From Desulfomonilia bacterium (GTDB lineage: Bacteria > Desulfobacterota > Desulfomonilia > UBA1062): a DNA stretch of 64,000 bases. The translations under genes and the position numbers were made by a program. The stretch is taken from contig CAXXDQ010000002.1 of assembly GCA_963664325.2 (NCBI GenBank), positions 32,001 to 96,000 on the forward strand, in the 5' to 3' direction. The notes beneath the pieces were generated by a model. The model had not been told where the DNA came from, searched no databases, and saw only the letters and a list, made by a program, of their open reading frames with translations. Positions within the stretch are counted from its first letter, which is position 1, and the number at the start of each line of letters is the position of its first letter. Shown here piece by piece: positions 1 through 9,543 of this stretch.

Positions 1-723
1 CCTGCTAGTTGCACCGCCCCAGGGGACAGAGATCGCCTCCTTCGGGCATACGGCGATGCAGAAGGCACACCCCTCGCAGATTCCATGGTCGATTGATGCC
101 TTTTCGCCGACAAGGGATATTGCATGGGCGCGGCAGTTTTCCAGGCACAGACCGCATCCGTTGCAGCGTCTTGATACCGAGGGTTTGACCTTGGAATGCA
201 TCTCGAGTTTTCCTGCGCGCGATCCGCTTCCCATGCCTAGATTTTTTATCGCACCGCCGAAACCGAACATGACATGTCCTTTGAAGTGGCTTATGGCAAC
301 AACTGCATCAGCATCCGCAATCGCCCTGGCGATTCTGACGCTGCTGAATATCTTTCCAGGTATACCAACAGATTTTTCATCTTTTCCTTCGTTGCCGTCC
401 GCTATGACGACGGGTACGCCAAGCTTTGTGAATCCATGCTTCTCAGCCATCTCCATGTGATCCCGGCCGTTGTGTCTTCTGCCGGTGTAAAGCGTATTGG
501 CATCCGTCAGGAAACAGTTGCGAGAATATTTTAAAAGGATATCTACAGCCGGTTTAACCTGCTCTGGTCTGACAAACCGGGTATTGCCCTTTTCCCCGAA
601 GTGAAGTTTGACGGCAACCTTATCAGAAGCTTCAATTCCAGTCTTCAGGCCGGTTAGCGCTCTTTCAAATATTGAGCGTATGGCGGTTTCTTCAAAAGTC
701 CTGCTGAAATATACCTTGGTCAT
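1..723 (-). CDS. DUF362 domain Fe-S protein with a 2x[4Fe-4S] ferredoxin insert (3' end runs off the window)
   Basis: Not in the ORF track. Manual translation from the ATG at 723 gives MTKVYFSR...KVAVKLHFGEKGN...FLTDANTLY...HFKGHVMFGFGGAIKNLGMG...CNGCGLCLENC...CEGCAFCIAVCP, open to base 1. Confidence 0.85.
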   Translation of the reverse strand, partial: MTKVYFSRTFEETAIRSIFERALTGLKTGIEASDKVAVKLHFGEKGNTRFVRPEQVKPAVDILLKYSRNCFLTDANTLYTGRRHNGRDHMEMAEKHGFTKLGVPVVIADGNEGKDEKSVGIPGKIFSSVRIARAIADADAVVAISHFKGHVMFGFGGAIKNLGMGSGSRAGKLEMHSKVKPSVSRRCNGCGLCLENCRAHAISLVGEKASIDHGICEGCAFCIAVCPKEAISVPWGGATSR

Positions 724-727
724 ATCA

Positions 728-1933
728 TTACAACCCCGTCTTCAGCACAAGGTCTGTTATCGGGCCGCGCGACTTGCTGCCTTTCAGCACCATATGGCCA
801 TAGTTTGGATAACCCTTAAACTTCTTTACTATCCAGTTAAGACCGTTGTTTGAAGAATTGAGGTATGGATGATCCACCTGGTTCGTATCACCCAAAACAT
901 AACACTTAACATTTTCTCCCATTCGCGTCAGCAGAGCCCTAGTCTGATAGCGGGTCATATTCTGCGCTTCGTCTATAATGACCACAGCATTTTCTATATT
1001 CATGCCGCGTATGAAATTCAGGCTGACGATTTCTATCTTCTTTGGATTCAATTCCAGTCTTGCGCTCTGCGCATCCATAAACAGGGAATTCGCCGGCCGC
1101 TGGCTATGGAGCTTTACTATAAGGTCAAGGATGCCGCGCATATAGGGCGCGAGCTTTTCTTTTTCGTCACCCGGGAGATAGCCGAGCTTTTCACCGATTT
1201 CAACTACCGGTTTGAATATGAATATCCTGTCATATGCCTTGGGTTTCTGAAGTACAAGGTGGAAAGCGCATGCAAGGGCAATATATGTCTTGCCGAATCC
1301 TGCCTCCGACTGGAGCGTCACTGCATCGATGTGGTGTGATAGCATGAGTTCCATTGCGCAATTCTGATATACCGTCCTCGGTTTCACTCCCCATGGATTG
1401 TGCTCATAGTCGATATAGGACTCTTTACCTTCAAACCATAACTGGCCGTTTTCATCCCAATAAAATGAGTTTGCAATCTTCTCATCGGATTCTTTTATGA
1501 ATCCCGTGTAAAGCTGGCTTTCGGAATGGAACGGCTTGGAGTCGCGGAATTCCTGCGCCCTGAATCCCTCAATAACCAGCCTTACCCTGAACATCCTGTC
1601 ATTAGATACGATGATGGGCTCAAGACCGTCTATAAAATGATCTGAATTTTTATGAGCATACCGGATGTCTTCCAGGATATCATCATCATTGGTTTCGCTT
1701 CCCGCATATGTCTTATCCGGGATTTTTATAATGTTAAGCTTGGGATCGTTTTCAAGCCGCGCGGCAATCAGGCTGATTATATGGCTTAAATCGGCTCTTT
1801 TTTTGAGTCTATCAAGCTCCATTATCACTGAATAAGGTATTAGAACCCGATTCTCTTCGCCATTTCTGAACACATCAATACAATCAGGATTTTCAATTAA
1901 TGCATTTGTATCAAGTATATAACATTTTTTCAT
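728..1933 (-). CDS. PIN-PhoH fusion protein (PhoH2/YlaK family)
   Basis: N-terminal PIN domain (YILDTNAL, ELD, DDDIL, SND). C-terminal PhoH ATPase with AGFGKT, LGYLPG, FIRG, IIDEAQN, TRMGEN, GDTNQVD. Confidence 0.9.
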   Translation of the reverse strand: MKKCYILDTNALIENPDCIDVFRNGEENRVLIPYSVIMELDRLKKRADLSHIISLIAARLENDPKLNIIKIPDKTYAGSETNDDDILEDIRYAHKNSDHFIDGLEPIIVSNDRMFRVRLVIEGFRAQEFRDSKPFHSESQLYTGFIKESDEKIANSFYWDENGQLWFEGKESYIDYEHNPWGVKPRTVYQNCAMELMLSHHIDAVTLQSEAGFGKTYIALACAFHLVLQKPKAYDRIFIFKPVVEIGEKLGYLPGDEKEKLAPYMRGILDLIVKLHSQRPANSLFMDAQSARLELNPKKIEIVSLNFIRGMNIENAVVIIDEAQNMTRYQTRALLTRMGENVKCYVLGDTNQVDHPYLNSSNNGLNWIVKKFKGYPNYGHMVLKGSKSRGPITDLVLKTGL

Positions 1934-2823
1934 AAACCGGCCCGCCTTGATGTTTTATTAGATCCGGATAAAGGATTAAAACCCCGAAATATTGCATCAT
2001 CTTTTGTTATTCTCAACAATCCTTTTGAAACTGTTTGTTCATGCAGTTTCTTGTAAAATTGATCTTCAATATCCTTAATTTTTTGAGGATGGGAATCAAT
2101 TATATCTTTAAACAATAAAGGTCTTTTTTTTGCAACATATTCAACACAATCAGAGATATCATCGGGTGTGAAACGCATTGCATTATCGTAGGGCAGCATT
2201 TCCACTCTTTCAAAATAAGGTTTCAATAACCGGTAACCGTCTTCAAGACAGAATGCCTTCAGTAATTTGTTTATGGTGAATTCGCAGGATGCTGTAATGC
2301 CTGATTGCTCCATACTGTACGGTAACAAATCTATAATTTCTTTTAAAGAATATCTGCTGTGAGTTATTGAGATGAAAATGCCGTTCGGTTTTAGGATTCT
2401 TGCTATGTCTTCAATAAGATGAGGGAAAAAATATAATGAATAGCTGGCTATTATAAGATCATATGTCCGGCTTTTAATCGTCCGGATAACGTCAGCTTCC
2501 TTGCCGATGAAAATTCCCGAGTAGCCACAGTCCTTGACGGTCGTTAAAAAAGGTGCCTTGTTTGCATCCGCAATATCAATACCTGCAATACTGGCATTGT
2601 ATGCAAGTCTGCCTTTAAGTTTTTCTTCAAAAAGACCGTAGCCGCAACCGAGATCGAGCACATTGCTGACCCATGTAAGATCAATATCTGACAGGGCGAT
2701 TTCCCTCACGTCACATCTGTTGGTTGAATATTTGGATATTATATTTTTAGTAATCCTGTGGTCGTGAACCTTATCGTATGTTTCGGTTATATCTTCCAAT
2801 GAGTACAGGGGGGTTCGGTTCAT
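1930..2823 (-). CDS. Class I SAM-dependent methyltransferase
   Basis: VLDLGCGYG motif I and RILKPNG motif; 4-bp overlap with the PhoH2 gene. Confidence 0.8.
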   Translation of the reverse strand: MNRTPLYSLEDITETYDKVHDHRITKNIISKYSTNRCDVREIALSDIDLTWVSNVLDLGCGYGLFEEKLKGRLAYNASIAGIDIADANKAPFLTTVKDCGYSGIFIGKEADVIRTIKSRTYDLIIASYSLYFFPHLIEDIARILKPNGIFISITHSRYSLKEIIDLLPYSMEQSGITASCEFTINKLLKAFCLEDGYRLLKPYFERVEMLPYDNAMRFTPDDISDCVEYVAKKRPLLFKDIIDSHPQKIKDIEDQFYKKLHEQTVSKGLLRITKDDAIFRGFNPLSGSNKTSRRAGL

Positions 2824-2993
2824 GATTTAAATAAATATTAAGGGATTGAATACTCTTTTTCAACCCTGATCGGGTTTAAATAATAAAATAAAAGGCATGT
2901 TTCTTAATAATACATGATTTATACAAGGGCTCCTGTCTTGGTGATTCCAGGCGTGTTATGTTATTGCATGTCAATTGTAATAAGGAGACATCT

Positions 2994-3199
2994 ATGCAGC
3001 TTTTAAAGAAATGGCCGGACAACAACGGCATCAGCCAGAAGGAATTTGCAGGCATGATCTGTGTTTCATCGAGTGCTGTTTACAGGGTTGTTACAGTTAA
3101 ACCCGGCCCGAGCTCGATACTGAAAAAAATGAAACCCTGACCAATGGTGAAGTTTCACGATGGTCTTTTTTATATCCCTTGGAAACTAAGATTCATTAA
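2994..3199 (+). pseudogene. Degraded Cro/XRE-like helix-turn-helix gene
   Basis: RBS AGGAG at 2983-2987 and ATG at 2994. NNGISQKEFAGMICVSSSAVYR resembles an HTH. The Cro-like tail ETLTNGEVS continues in another frame to the TAA at 3197-3199. Confidence 0.5.
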
Positions 3200-3358
3200 T
3201 ATTATTAAGATAATACTACGCTGTTTTGTTGATTATCGCATTGGTCTATATATTGTCAGCTACTATTGAAACGGCTTCACATGAGTGGCAAATGTTTTCA
3301 GTATGAAGATAAATACCGCATGCGGAAAACAGTAATATAAATTTTGGATTCAAGTTAC

Positions 3359-3388
3359 TTGACTTTTAAAAAAATATTTGCTTATCCA
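3359..3388 (+). promoter_or_regulatory. Putative sigma70 promoter of greA
   Basis: TTGACT at 3359-3364, then a weak -10 (TGcTTATCC or TATCCA) 17-18 bp downstream. Confidence 0.4.
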
Positions 3389-3401
3389 CAAGCTGCAAAC
3401 C

Positions 3402-3441
3402 GATACTGGCGGACATTAACTGCCGGTATCTTTTTTATTTT
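3402..3441 (+). terminator. Intrinsic terminator in the greA leader
   Basis: Stem GATACTGGCGG (3402-3412) / CTGCCGGTATC (3420-3430), 11 bp with 2 GU pairs and a 7-nt loop, followed by TTTTTTATTTT. Confidence 0.7.
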
Positions 3442-3458
3442 CTGTTCGGAGGAATTTA

Positions 3459-3932
3459 ATGCAGAGAACTCCCATTACAAAAAACGGCTATCAGGTGCTC
3501 AGAGACGAGTTGGATAATATCAAGAAGGTTGAACGGCCCAAGGTCATAGCAGCCATTGAAGAAGCCCGCGGGCATGGGGATCTTTCGGAAAATGCGGAAT
3601 ACCAGTATGCAAAAGAAAAGCAGGCATTCATTGAGACAAGAATACAGGAACTTGAAACAAAGCTTGCCACTGCCGAAATAATTGATACTTCAAAGATACC
3701 CAAGGATAAAGTCGTATTCGGATCAAAATTTATTGTCTGCAATACAGAAACCGATGAAGAAACCACTTATCAGATTGTGGGCGTGGACGAATCTGATATC
3801 GGTAAAGGACTCATTTCTATCGCATCGCCGCTTGCTAAGGCCCTTATCGGCAAGAAACCCGGAGATACCGCGGTGTTCAAGTCGCCTGCAGGCGAGAAAG
3901 AATATGAGGTACTTGAAATTATTGCCGGATAA
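3459..3932 (+). CDS. greA: Transcription elongation factor GreA
   Basis: HGDLSENAEY and ISIASPLAKALIGK motifs; RBS GGAGG. Confidence 0.97.
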   Translation: MQRTPITKNGYQVLRDELDNIKKVERPKVIAAIEEARGHGDLSENAEYQYAKEKQAFIETRIQELETKLATAEIIDTSKIPKDKVVFGSKFIVCNTETDEETTYQIVGVDESDIGKGLISIASPLAKALIGKKPGDTAVFKSPAGEKEYEVLEIIAG

Positions 3933-4710
3933 CCGTATCAGGCTTCAGGAATATATGGGGGTAGTTTAAGGATTCTCCGGCAATTATTTCAACGCTTGTG
4001 TTATATACACTGTCTATATTTCTTTTTGTAAGAACCTCTGACGGGGTACCTTCGGCAAAAACTTTGCCCTTATCGATAAGTAGAATTTTATCACAGTAGG
4101 CAGCTGCCAGATTAAGATCGTGGACTATCATTAATACTGGTATACCTATCGAAAGGCACTTTCTTTTAATCAGATTAAGCATTATTGACTGATGCCCGAT
4201 ATCAAGATGGGAGGTTGGTTCATCCAGCATAAGGATCTCAGGCTCCTGGGCCAGGGCCTGTGATATATAAACGCGCTGGAGTTCGCCACCGGAGAGTTCG
4301 TCGATCTTTTTTTCGACAAGTGCCTCAAGCTTCATGGAGAGCAGGGATTCTTCAATAATCTTATGATCAGAGGATTGGAGCATTCCGAAACGACCCCTTT
4401 TAGGGTACCTGCCCATCTGAACGAATTCCTTAACCCTGAAAGGGAAGAAGGCTTCCTGAAATTGGGGAACGGCCGCCATTGTGCATGCAAGTTCGCGCCT
4501 TGACATATGGTAAATATCTTTGCCTTTTAATCTAATGCTCCCCTTCCATGGTTTTAAAACGCCGCTTGCGGCTTTGAATAATGTAGATTTGCCGGCACCA
4601 TTGGGACCTATTATTCCATAAAATGTTCCCGGGCTTATCTTGAATGACAGATCATAAATAACAATCTTTTTATCATACCCGATTGTCAGGTCTGAAATAT
4701 CAAGAATCAT
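3919..4710 (-). CDS. Cobalamin/iron-chelate ABC transporter ATP-binding subunit (BtuD/FecE-like)
   Basis: GPNGAGKST, LSGGELQR, LDEPTSHLD, HDLNLA. Confidence 0.9.
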   Translation of the reverse strand: MILDISDLTIGYDKKIVIYDLSFKISPGTFYGIIGPNGAGKSTLFKAASGVLKPWKGSIRLKGKDIYHMSRRELACTMAAVPQFQEAFFPFRVKEFVQMGRYPKRGRFGMLQSSDHKIIEESLLSMKLEALVEKKIDELSGGELQRVYISQALAQEPEILMLDEPTSHLDIGHQSIMLNLIKRKCLSIGIPVLMIVHDLNLAAAYCDKILLIDKGKVFAEGTPSEVLTKRNIDSVYNTSVEIIAGESLNYPHIFLKPDTVIRQ

Positions 4711-5693
4711 GTAATCTCCTCTCCGTGCCAGAGAAGCATGAACAGGAAGAACAAGCCCCCCATGATACCTGTTATTACACCGACAGGCAACTCAAGGGGA
4801 GAAATGACTGTACGTGCAATGGTATCCGAAAGTACGAGCAATGCTGCACCCGCTATCATTGATGAAGGGAGAAGCAGCCTGTGATCCGGTCCGATTATCT
4901 TTCTCATGACATGTGGCACGATAAGACCCATAAAGCTGATCACCCCTGCCACGGCAACACAGGCCCCGGTTATCAAAGAAGAGATGAAAAACAGGACAGC
5001 CCTGGCAGATTTGACGTTTAAACCAAGATACATGGCTTTTTCATCACCCAGACTCAGTATATTGACATCACGTGAAAAGAGAATCAATGCCAGGACAAGA
5101 GGCAGCACGAAATAAACCATAATCCTTATGGAATCTTTGCTTGGTGCGCTCAGGCTTCCCATGAGCCACATGACAGATGCATATACATCCCTTGTCGTTG
5201 AAAGAGAAAAAAGGAGCATCATTATGGACGAAAGCAGAAAACCGATAATGACGCCACATAATATCAGCATCGTGTTGGAAAAACCTTTTATCGATGCAAG
5301 CCCTAATATCAGAAAAATTGTCAATAGGCATCCGAGGAAACACATTCCCACCATTGCAGCCCCTGATAACCCCATCATTATGGAGATTGTCGCACCAAGA
5401 GCCCCGCCGCTCGACACTCCGAGAGTGTACGGTTCTGCGAGAGGATTTCGTAAAACAGCCTGGAAGATTACACCACAGGCGGAAAGGGCTGCACCGACAA
5501 CCATGCCGTTTATAATTCTCGGGATTCTCAGGTCCCAGATTATTGCATTCAACAACGGGCTGCCGCTTTTCCTAAATAATACGGATACCAATCCTTCGGC
5601 TGTAAGGTCGGCGCTGCCTGAAACCAGGGATATTGTTGTTACTACCAAAATCAGGAGAAAAAGAATCATGAAAACAGCAGCAGGCCGCTTCAT
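4707..5693 (-). CDS. Cobalamin/iron-chelate ABC permease (FecCD/BtuC family)
   Basis: LRIPR, RNPLAEPYTLGVSSG, GLIVPH, LPVGVIT motifs; strongly hydrophobic. Confidence 0.92.
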   Translation of the reverse strand: MKRPAAVFMILFLLILVVTTISLVSGSADLTAEGLVSVLFRKSGSPLLNAIIWDLRIPRIINGMVVGAALSACGVIFQAVLRNPLAEPYTLGVSSGGALGATISIMMGLSGAAMVGMCFLGCLLTIFLILGLASIKGFSNTMLILCGVIIGFLLSSIMMLLFSLSTTRDVYASVMWLMGSLSAPSKDSIRIMVYFVLPLVLALILFSRDVNILSLGDEKAMYLGLNVKSARAVLFFISSLITGACVAVAGVISFMGLIVPHVMRKIIGPDHRLLLPSSMIAGAALLVLSDTIARTVISPLELPVGVITGIMGGLFFLFMLLWHGEEIT

Positions 5694-6520
5694 CAGGGTT
5701 TACCTGCCAGTATTGATGAAACAAGCTTTAAGCCGTCAACGAATCTTGTCGGTGTAGCCTGGCATACCCTGTCGGCCTGTACTGTGAATATCCTTCCCTT
5801 TGATACGGCGTTTATTCCTTTCATCGGTTTCCAGATATCAGCGCCGGCGCCCATACCGGATATGACAATTATTACGTCCGGATTCCTTAACAGTACCTCC
5901 TCCATACTGACTCGAGGATACTTGGTTTTTATGTCGCCGAAGATATTGGTGCATCCTGACAGTCTTATAAAATCATTTGCAAAGGTAGCACCGCCTGCAG
6001 CCACAATGGGGTTTGTTCCTATCTGCCACAGGACTTTGTATTTTCTTGAGAGGGTCCCGGCGCTGATGGAGTAAACCTCTTTCCTGCATTTCTCAACGAT
6101 CCGTTCCGCATCTTTCTGCCGGCCTGTCAATTTTCCCAGCTTTATGAACTCAATACACATGCAATCAAAGTTCTCGCAGCCTTCGATAATCTCTACCCTG
6201 AACCCCATGGACAATAGTTTTTCTATATCTTTTTTCCTGTTTGCATCTTTTCCGGCAATAATCAAATCGGGTTTAAGGAGAATTATTTTTTCGAGATTTA
6301 TGTCAGTCAGGTTGCCGATAATTTCTTTTTTATTTCCCGGGTTAATGCAGTATCTGGTGACGCCTATCAGATTTTTCTGAGCCCCAAGGTCATACAGCTC
6401 GCTTGTGATCGCCGGTGAAAGCGAGATGATCCTGACGGGTGCGGCCAGGGCTGCTGATGCCGCAGTGGCAAACAACCAGTAAACCAGAATAATGAATGTC
6501 AGGATTAGAAATCTTCTCAT
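5693..6520 (-). CDS. Periplasmic cobalamin/iron-chelate binding protein (BtuF-like)
   Basis: Signal peptide, RIISLSPAIT, EKIILLKPDLII, YPRVSMEEVL.RNPDVI. Confidence 0.85.
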   Translation of the reverse strand: MRRFLILTFIILVYWLFATAASAALAAPVRIISLSPAITSELYDLGAQKNLIGVTRYCINPGNKKEIIGNLTDINLEKIILLKPDLIIAGKDANRKKDIEKLLSMGFRVEIIEGCENFDCMCIEFIKLGKLTGRQKDAERIVEKCRKEVYSISAGTLSRKYKVLWQIGTNPIVAAGGATFANDFIRLSGCTNIFGDIKTKYPRVSMEEVLLRNPDVIIVISGMGAGADIWKPMKGINAVSKGRIFTVQADRVCQATPTRFVDGLKLVSSILAGKP

Positions 6521-6615
6521 TCTGGAAAATATATTCGTTAAACATCAACCGTGCAAGAAATTATACATCCTTTGTGTTATATTCCAGACAAGCGAGGGTT
6601 TTAACCGGAGGTCAT

Positions 6616-7848
6616 ATGATCTATGCGGCCATGGCAACAGGTCTTATAATCGGGTTTATTATAGGCTGGCTTGTTTCAAGACAGGAGGCAGTTGCGTTAA
6701 AGGCGTCTCTTAATGCCCAGATATCGAGCATTGAAGATGCAAGGACCAGGATGTCCGAAAGTTTTGGAAGTGCTGCTACGGAGGCTCTGAAAGCCAACAG
6801 CATTCTGTTTATAGATCAGGCCAGGGGTGTTCTTGAAACCTTGATTGAACAGTCAAAAGGCGATCTTTCGGTCAGACAGGAGGCAATAGCAGGCATTGTT
6901 AAACCCCTTGGAGATGCCCTGACACGGTATGAAGCCTATATCGGCGAGATGGAAAACAAAAGGCATGCATCTTCAGGAGAACTCAAGGCCATGATTGAAC
7001 AAATGTTAAATGCCAATGCAAAGCTGGAAAGCCAGACGCGTTCTCTTACGACCGCTCTAAAGCGCCCTGAAGTCAAAGGCAGATGGGGGGAGATTACCCT
7101 GATGCGTGTAGTTGAGGTCTCCGGAATGAGCCAGTACTGCGATTTTGATGTGCAGCAATCCTCACATACCGAAGAAGGGAGAAAGCGTCCGGATATGATT
7201 GTGAGATTACCCCAGGGACATTCGATCGTTGTTGATTCCAAGGCTCCTCTCGATGCCTATATGGAGGCGATTGATACACAGGATGAGACGATAAGGAAGG
7301 AAAAATTGAACCGCCATGCCCAGAAAGTCCGCCAGCATATGACTTCTCTGTCATCAAAAGAGTACTGGAAGGATTTCAGTCCTGAAACTGAATTTGTTGT
7401 CCTGTTCCTACCCGGGGAAAGCTTTTTCAGCGCGGCACTTGAGCAGGACAGGCAGCTTATCGAGGACGGGATTGCAAAACGCGTCATACTTGCAACGCCC
7501 ACTACTCTCATCGCACTTCTAAGGACTGTTGCCGTCTCATGGCAGCAGCATTCACTTCAAGAGAATGCAAAAGAAATAGGTAAGGCCGGAGTGGAACTTT
7601 TTGACAGACTGTCAACATATGCGGATCATATGAAAAAAATAAGGGACGGGCTGCAGAAGGCTGTTAATGCATTCAATCAGGCTGCAGGTTCCTGGGAATC
7701 AAGGGTTATGCCTTCTGTCAACCGTATGAAAGACCTTGGCGGCAGAGAGGCTGAAGAAGGCATATCGTCAATTGATCATGTTGACGGTTACATAAAGACA
7801 ATAAAGGGTGAGACTGAAGATGGGATTCCTGGCAACAACGAAGGATGA
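6616..7848 (+). CDS. rmuC: DNA recombination protein RmuC
   Basis: GRWGEITL, RPDMIVRLP, VDSKAP, FVVLFLPGE, TPTTLIALLR. Start moved to the ATG at 6616 after GGAGG. Confidence 0.92.
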   Translation: MIYAAMATGLIIGFIIGWLVSRQEAVALKASLNAQISSIEDARTRMSESFGSAATEALKANSILFIDQARGVLETLIEQSKGDLSVRQEAIAGIVKPLGDALTRYEAYIGEMENKRHASSGELKAMIEQMLNANAKLESQTRSLTTALKRPEVKGRWGEITLMRVVEVSGMSQYCDFDVQQSSHTEEGRKRPDMIVRLPQGHSIVVDSKAPLDAYMEAIDTQDETIRKEKLNRHAQKVRQHMTSLSSKEYWKDFSPETEFVVLFLPGESFFSAALEQDRQLIEDGIAKRVILATPTTLIALLRTVAVSWQQHSLQENAKEIGKAGVELFDRLSTYADHMKKIRDGLQKAVNAFNQAAGSWESRVMPSVNRMKDLGGREAEEGISSIDHVDGYIKTIKGETEDGIPGNNEG

Positions 7849-9475
7849 ATTAAGGGGCAGAGACCCTGACATCATAATAGTTACCGGTGATGCCTATGTT
7901 GACCACCCGTCATTCGGGGCGGCAATCATCGGCCGTATTCTGGAAAAGGCCGGCTATCATGTGGCTATACTATCCATGCCCGACTGGAAGGACCCCGAAT
8001 CGATAACAGCTTTGGGCAGGCCGAGGCTTTTCTTCGGTGTCACATCAGGTAATGTCGATTCAATGCTCAGCCTTTATACTGCGTTCAAAAAAAGGCGCTC
8101 CGATGATCCGTATGTGCCTGGCGGTAATTCAGGCAGAAAGCCGGAGCATGCCATTATAAGTTACTGCAACCTGATTAAGGCAAAATTCAAGGATGTTCCA
8201 CTAGTTATCGGCGGGATCGAAGCCTCCATGAGAAGGCTTGTCCATTATGATTTCTGGGATAACAGATTAAGGCGTTCAATTATCGAAGACTCCCGTGCAG
8301 ATATTCTTGCATACGGCATGGCGGAAACAGCTGTTGTTGAAATTGCCGACAGGATAGCCGCTAATAAATCGCTTGAGGGGATACCGGGCACTCTGGTTAT
8401 GGAAGGAAAACCACCCGAGAATGCTGTTCTGCTTCCTTCCGAGGAAGAATCAATGGGAAATCAGGGCGCATTCCTGGAGACTTACAGGATTTTTTATGAA
8501 AACCAGGACAGGATTGTATCCCAGAAGACAGGCTCCCGGTTTCTTGTCTATTATCCTCAACAAATTATGTCTCAGAAACAGATTGATGCGATCTATTCTC
8601 TGCCCTTCATGTATGCACCGCACCCTTCATACAAGGAACCAGTGCCGGCATTTGAAATGATTTTTGGTTCAATCAATGCACATAGAGGTTGTGTTTCGGG
8701 ATGTTCTTTCTGCTCGGTAGGGCTTCATCAGGGGAAAAAAATAACTGCAAGAAGTCCGGAATCAGTTCTTGATGAGGCCGGGCGCCTGGCAGGGAACCCC
8801 CTTTTCAGAAGGCACGTAAAGGACATTGGCGGGCCGTCTGCGAATATGTACGGATACAGCTGCAAATCAAACTGGAGGTGCTCCAGGGTAAGCTGCATCC
8901 ATCCTGAATTGTGTGGAAACCTTGAGATAAAATCATTGCCTTGGATAAAACTGCTGGGGGATGTTTCAAAGGTAAATGGCATATCTAATGTGACTGTCGG
9001 TTCAGGTATACGTTATGACCTGTTCATGCGGGATAAGGATTCTTTGCCTGCCTTGAGGGCCCTTATCAGAAAGCATATCAGCGGTCAGCTAAAAATTGCC
9101 CCTGAACACACAGTTCGACATGTTCTCCTGGCAATGAGGAAGACCCCTGTGTTTGACCTGAGAGAATTTGCAGGCATGTTTAGAAATGAGACAGAAAAAA
9201 TACTTAAAAAACAATACCTGCTGCCTTATCTGATGTCCTGCCATCCAGGGTGTTCAAGAGATGATATGCTTGCCATGAAAAAGGATATTAAGGCTGTATT
9301 CGGCTTCCTGCCGGAACAGGTTCAGGCATTCATTCCTCTTCCCATGACACTTTCATCGGCGATGTATTTCACAGGCCTCGATCCCTTGTCGGGAGACCGG
9401 TATCAAACAAACAGAACCACTGAAGAAAGAAGGATACAGCACAACGTAATTACTAAGAAAAGACCTATTTCATGA
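7820..9475 (+). CDS. YgiQ (UPF0313) family radical SAM protein
   Basis: GDAYVDHPSFG, GGIEASMRR, RGCVSGCSFC, DIGGPSANMY, SGQLKIAPEH. Confidence 0.9.
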   Translation: MGFLATTKDELRGRDPDIIIVTGDAYVDHPSFGAAIIGRILEKAGYHVAILSMPDWKDPESITALGRPRLFFGVTSGNVDSMLSLYTAFKKRRSDDPYVPGGNSGRKPEHAIISYCNLIKAKFKDVPLVIGGIEASMRRLVHYDFWDNRLRRSIIEDSRADILAYGMAETAVVEIADRIAANKSLEGIPGTLVMEGKPPENAVLLPSEEESMGNQGAFLETYRIFYENQDRIVSQKTGSRFLVYYPQQIMSQKQIDAIYSLPFMYAPHPSYKEPVPAFEMIFGSINAHRGCVSGCSFCSVGLHQGKKITARSPESVLDEAGRLAGNPLFRRHVKDIGGPSANMYGYSCKSNWRCSRVSCIHPELCGNLEIKSLPWIKLLGDVSKVNGISNVTVGSGIRYDLFMRDKDSLPALRALIRKHISGQLKIAPEHTVRHVLLAMRKTPVFDLREFAGMFRNETEKILKKQYLLPYLMSCHPGCSRDDMLAMKKDIKAVFGFLPEQVQAFIPLPMTLSSAMYFTGLDPLSGDRYQTNRTTEERRIQHNVITKKRPIS

Positions 9476-9494
9476 ATTAGTTGCAATTTGCAGT

Positions 9495-9521
9495 TAAAGC
9501 TTTGCTCCTAACATCCGATAT
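9495..9521 (+). promoter_or_regulatory. Sigma28 (FliA)-type promoter
   Basis: TAAA (9495-9498)-N15-TCCGATAT (9514-9521) against the consensus TAAA-N15-GCCGATAA; lies just upstream of the RBS of the flgM-like gene. Confidence 0.7.
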
Positions 9522-9543
9522 GTAAAATTAGAAGGAGCAAATC

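Noticed and set aside
56-853. Plus-strand ORFs 56..460, 274..534 and 608..853
   Set aside because: Antisense shadows of the minus-strand DUF362 and PIN-PhoH genes. The same applies to most short ORFs nested in larger genes throughout the track.
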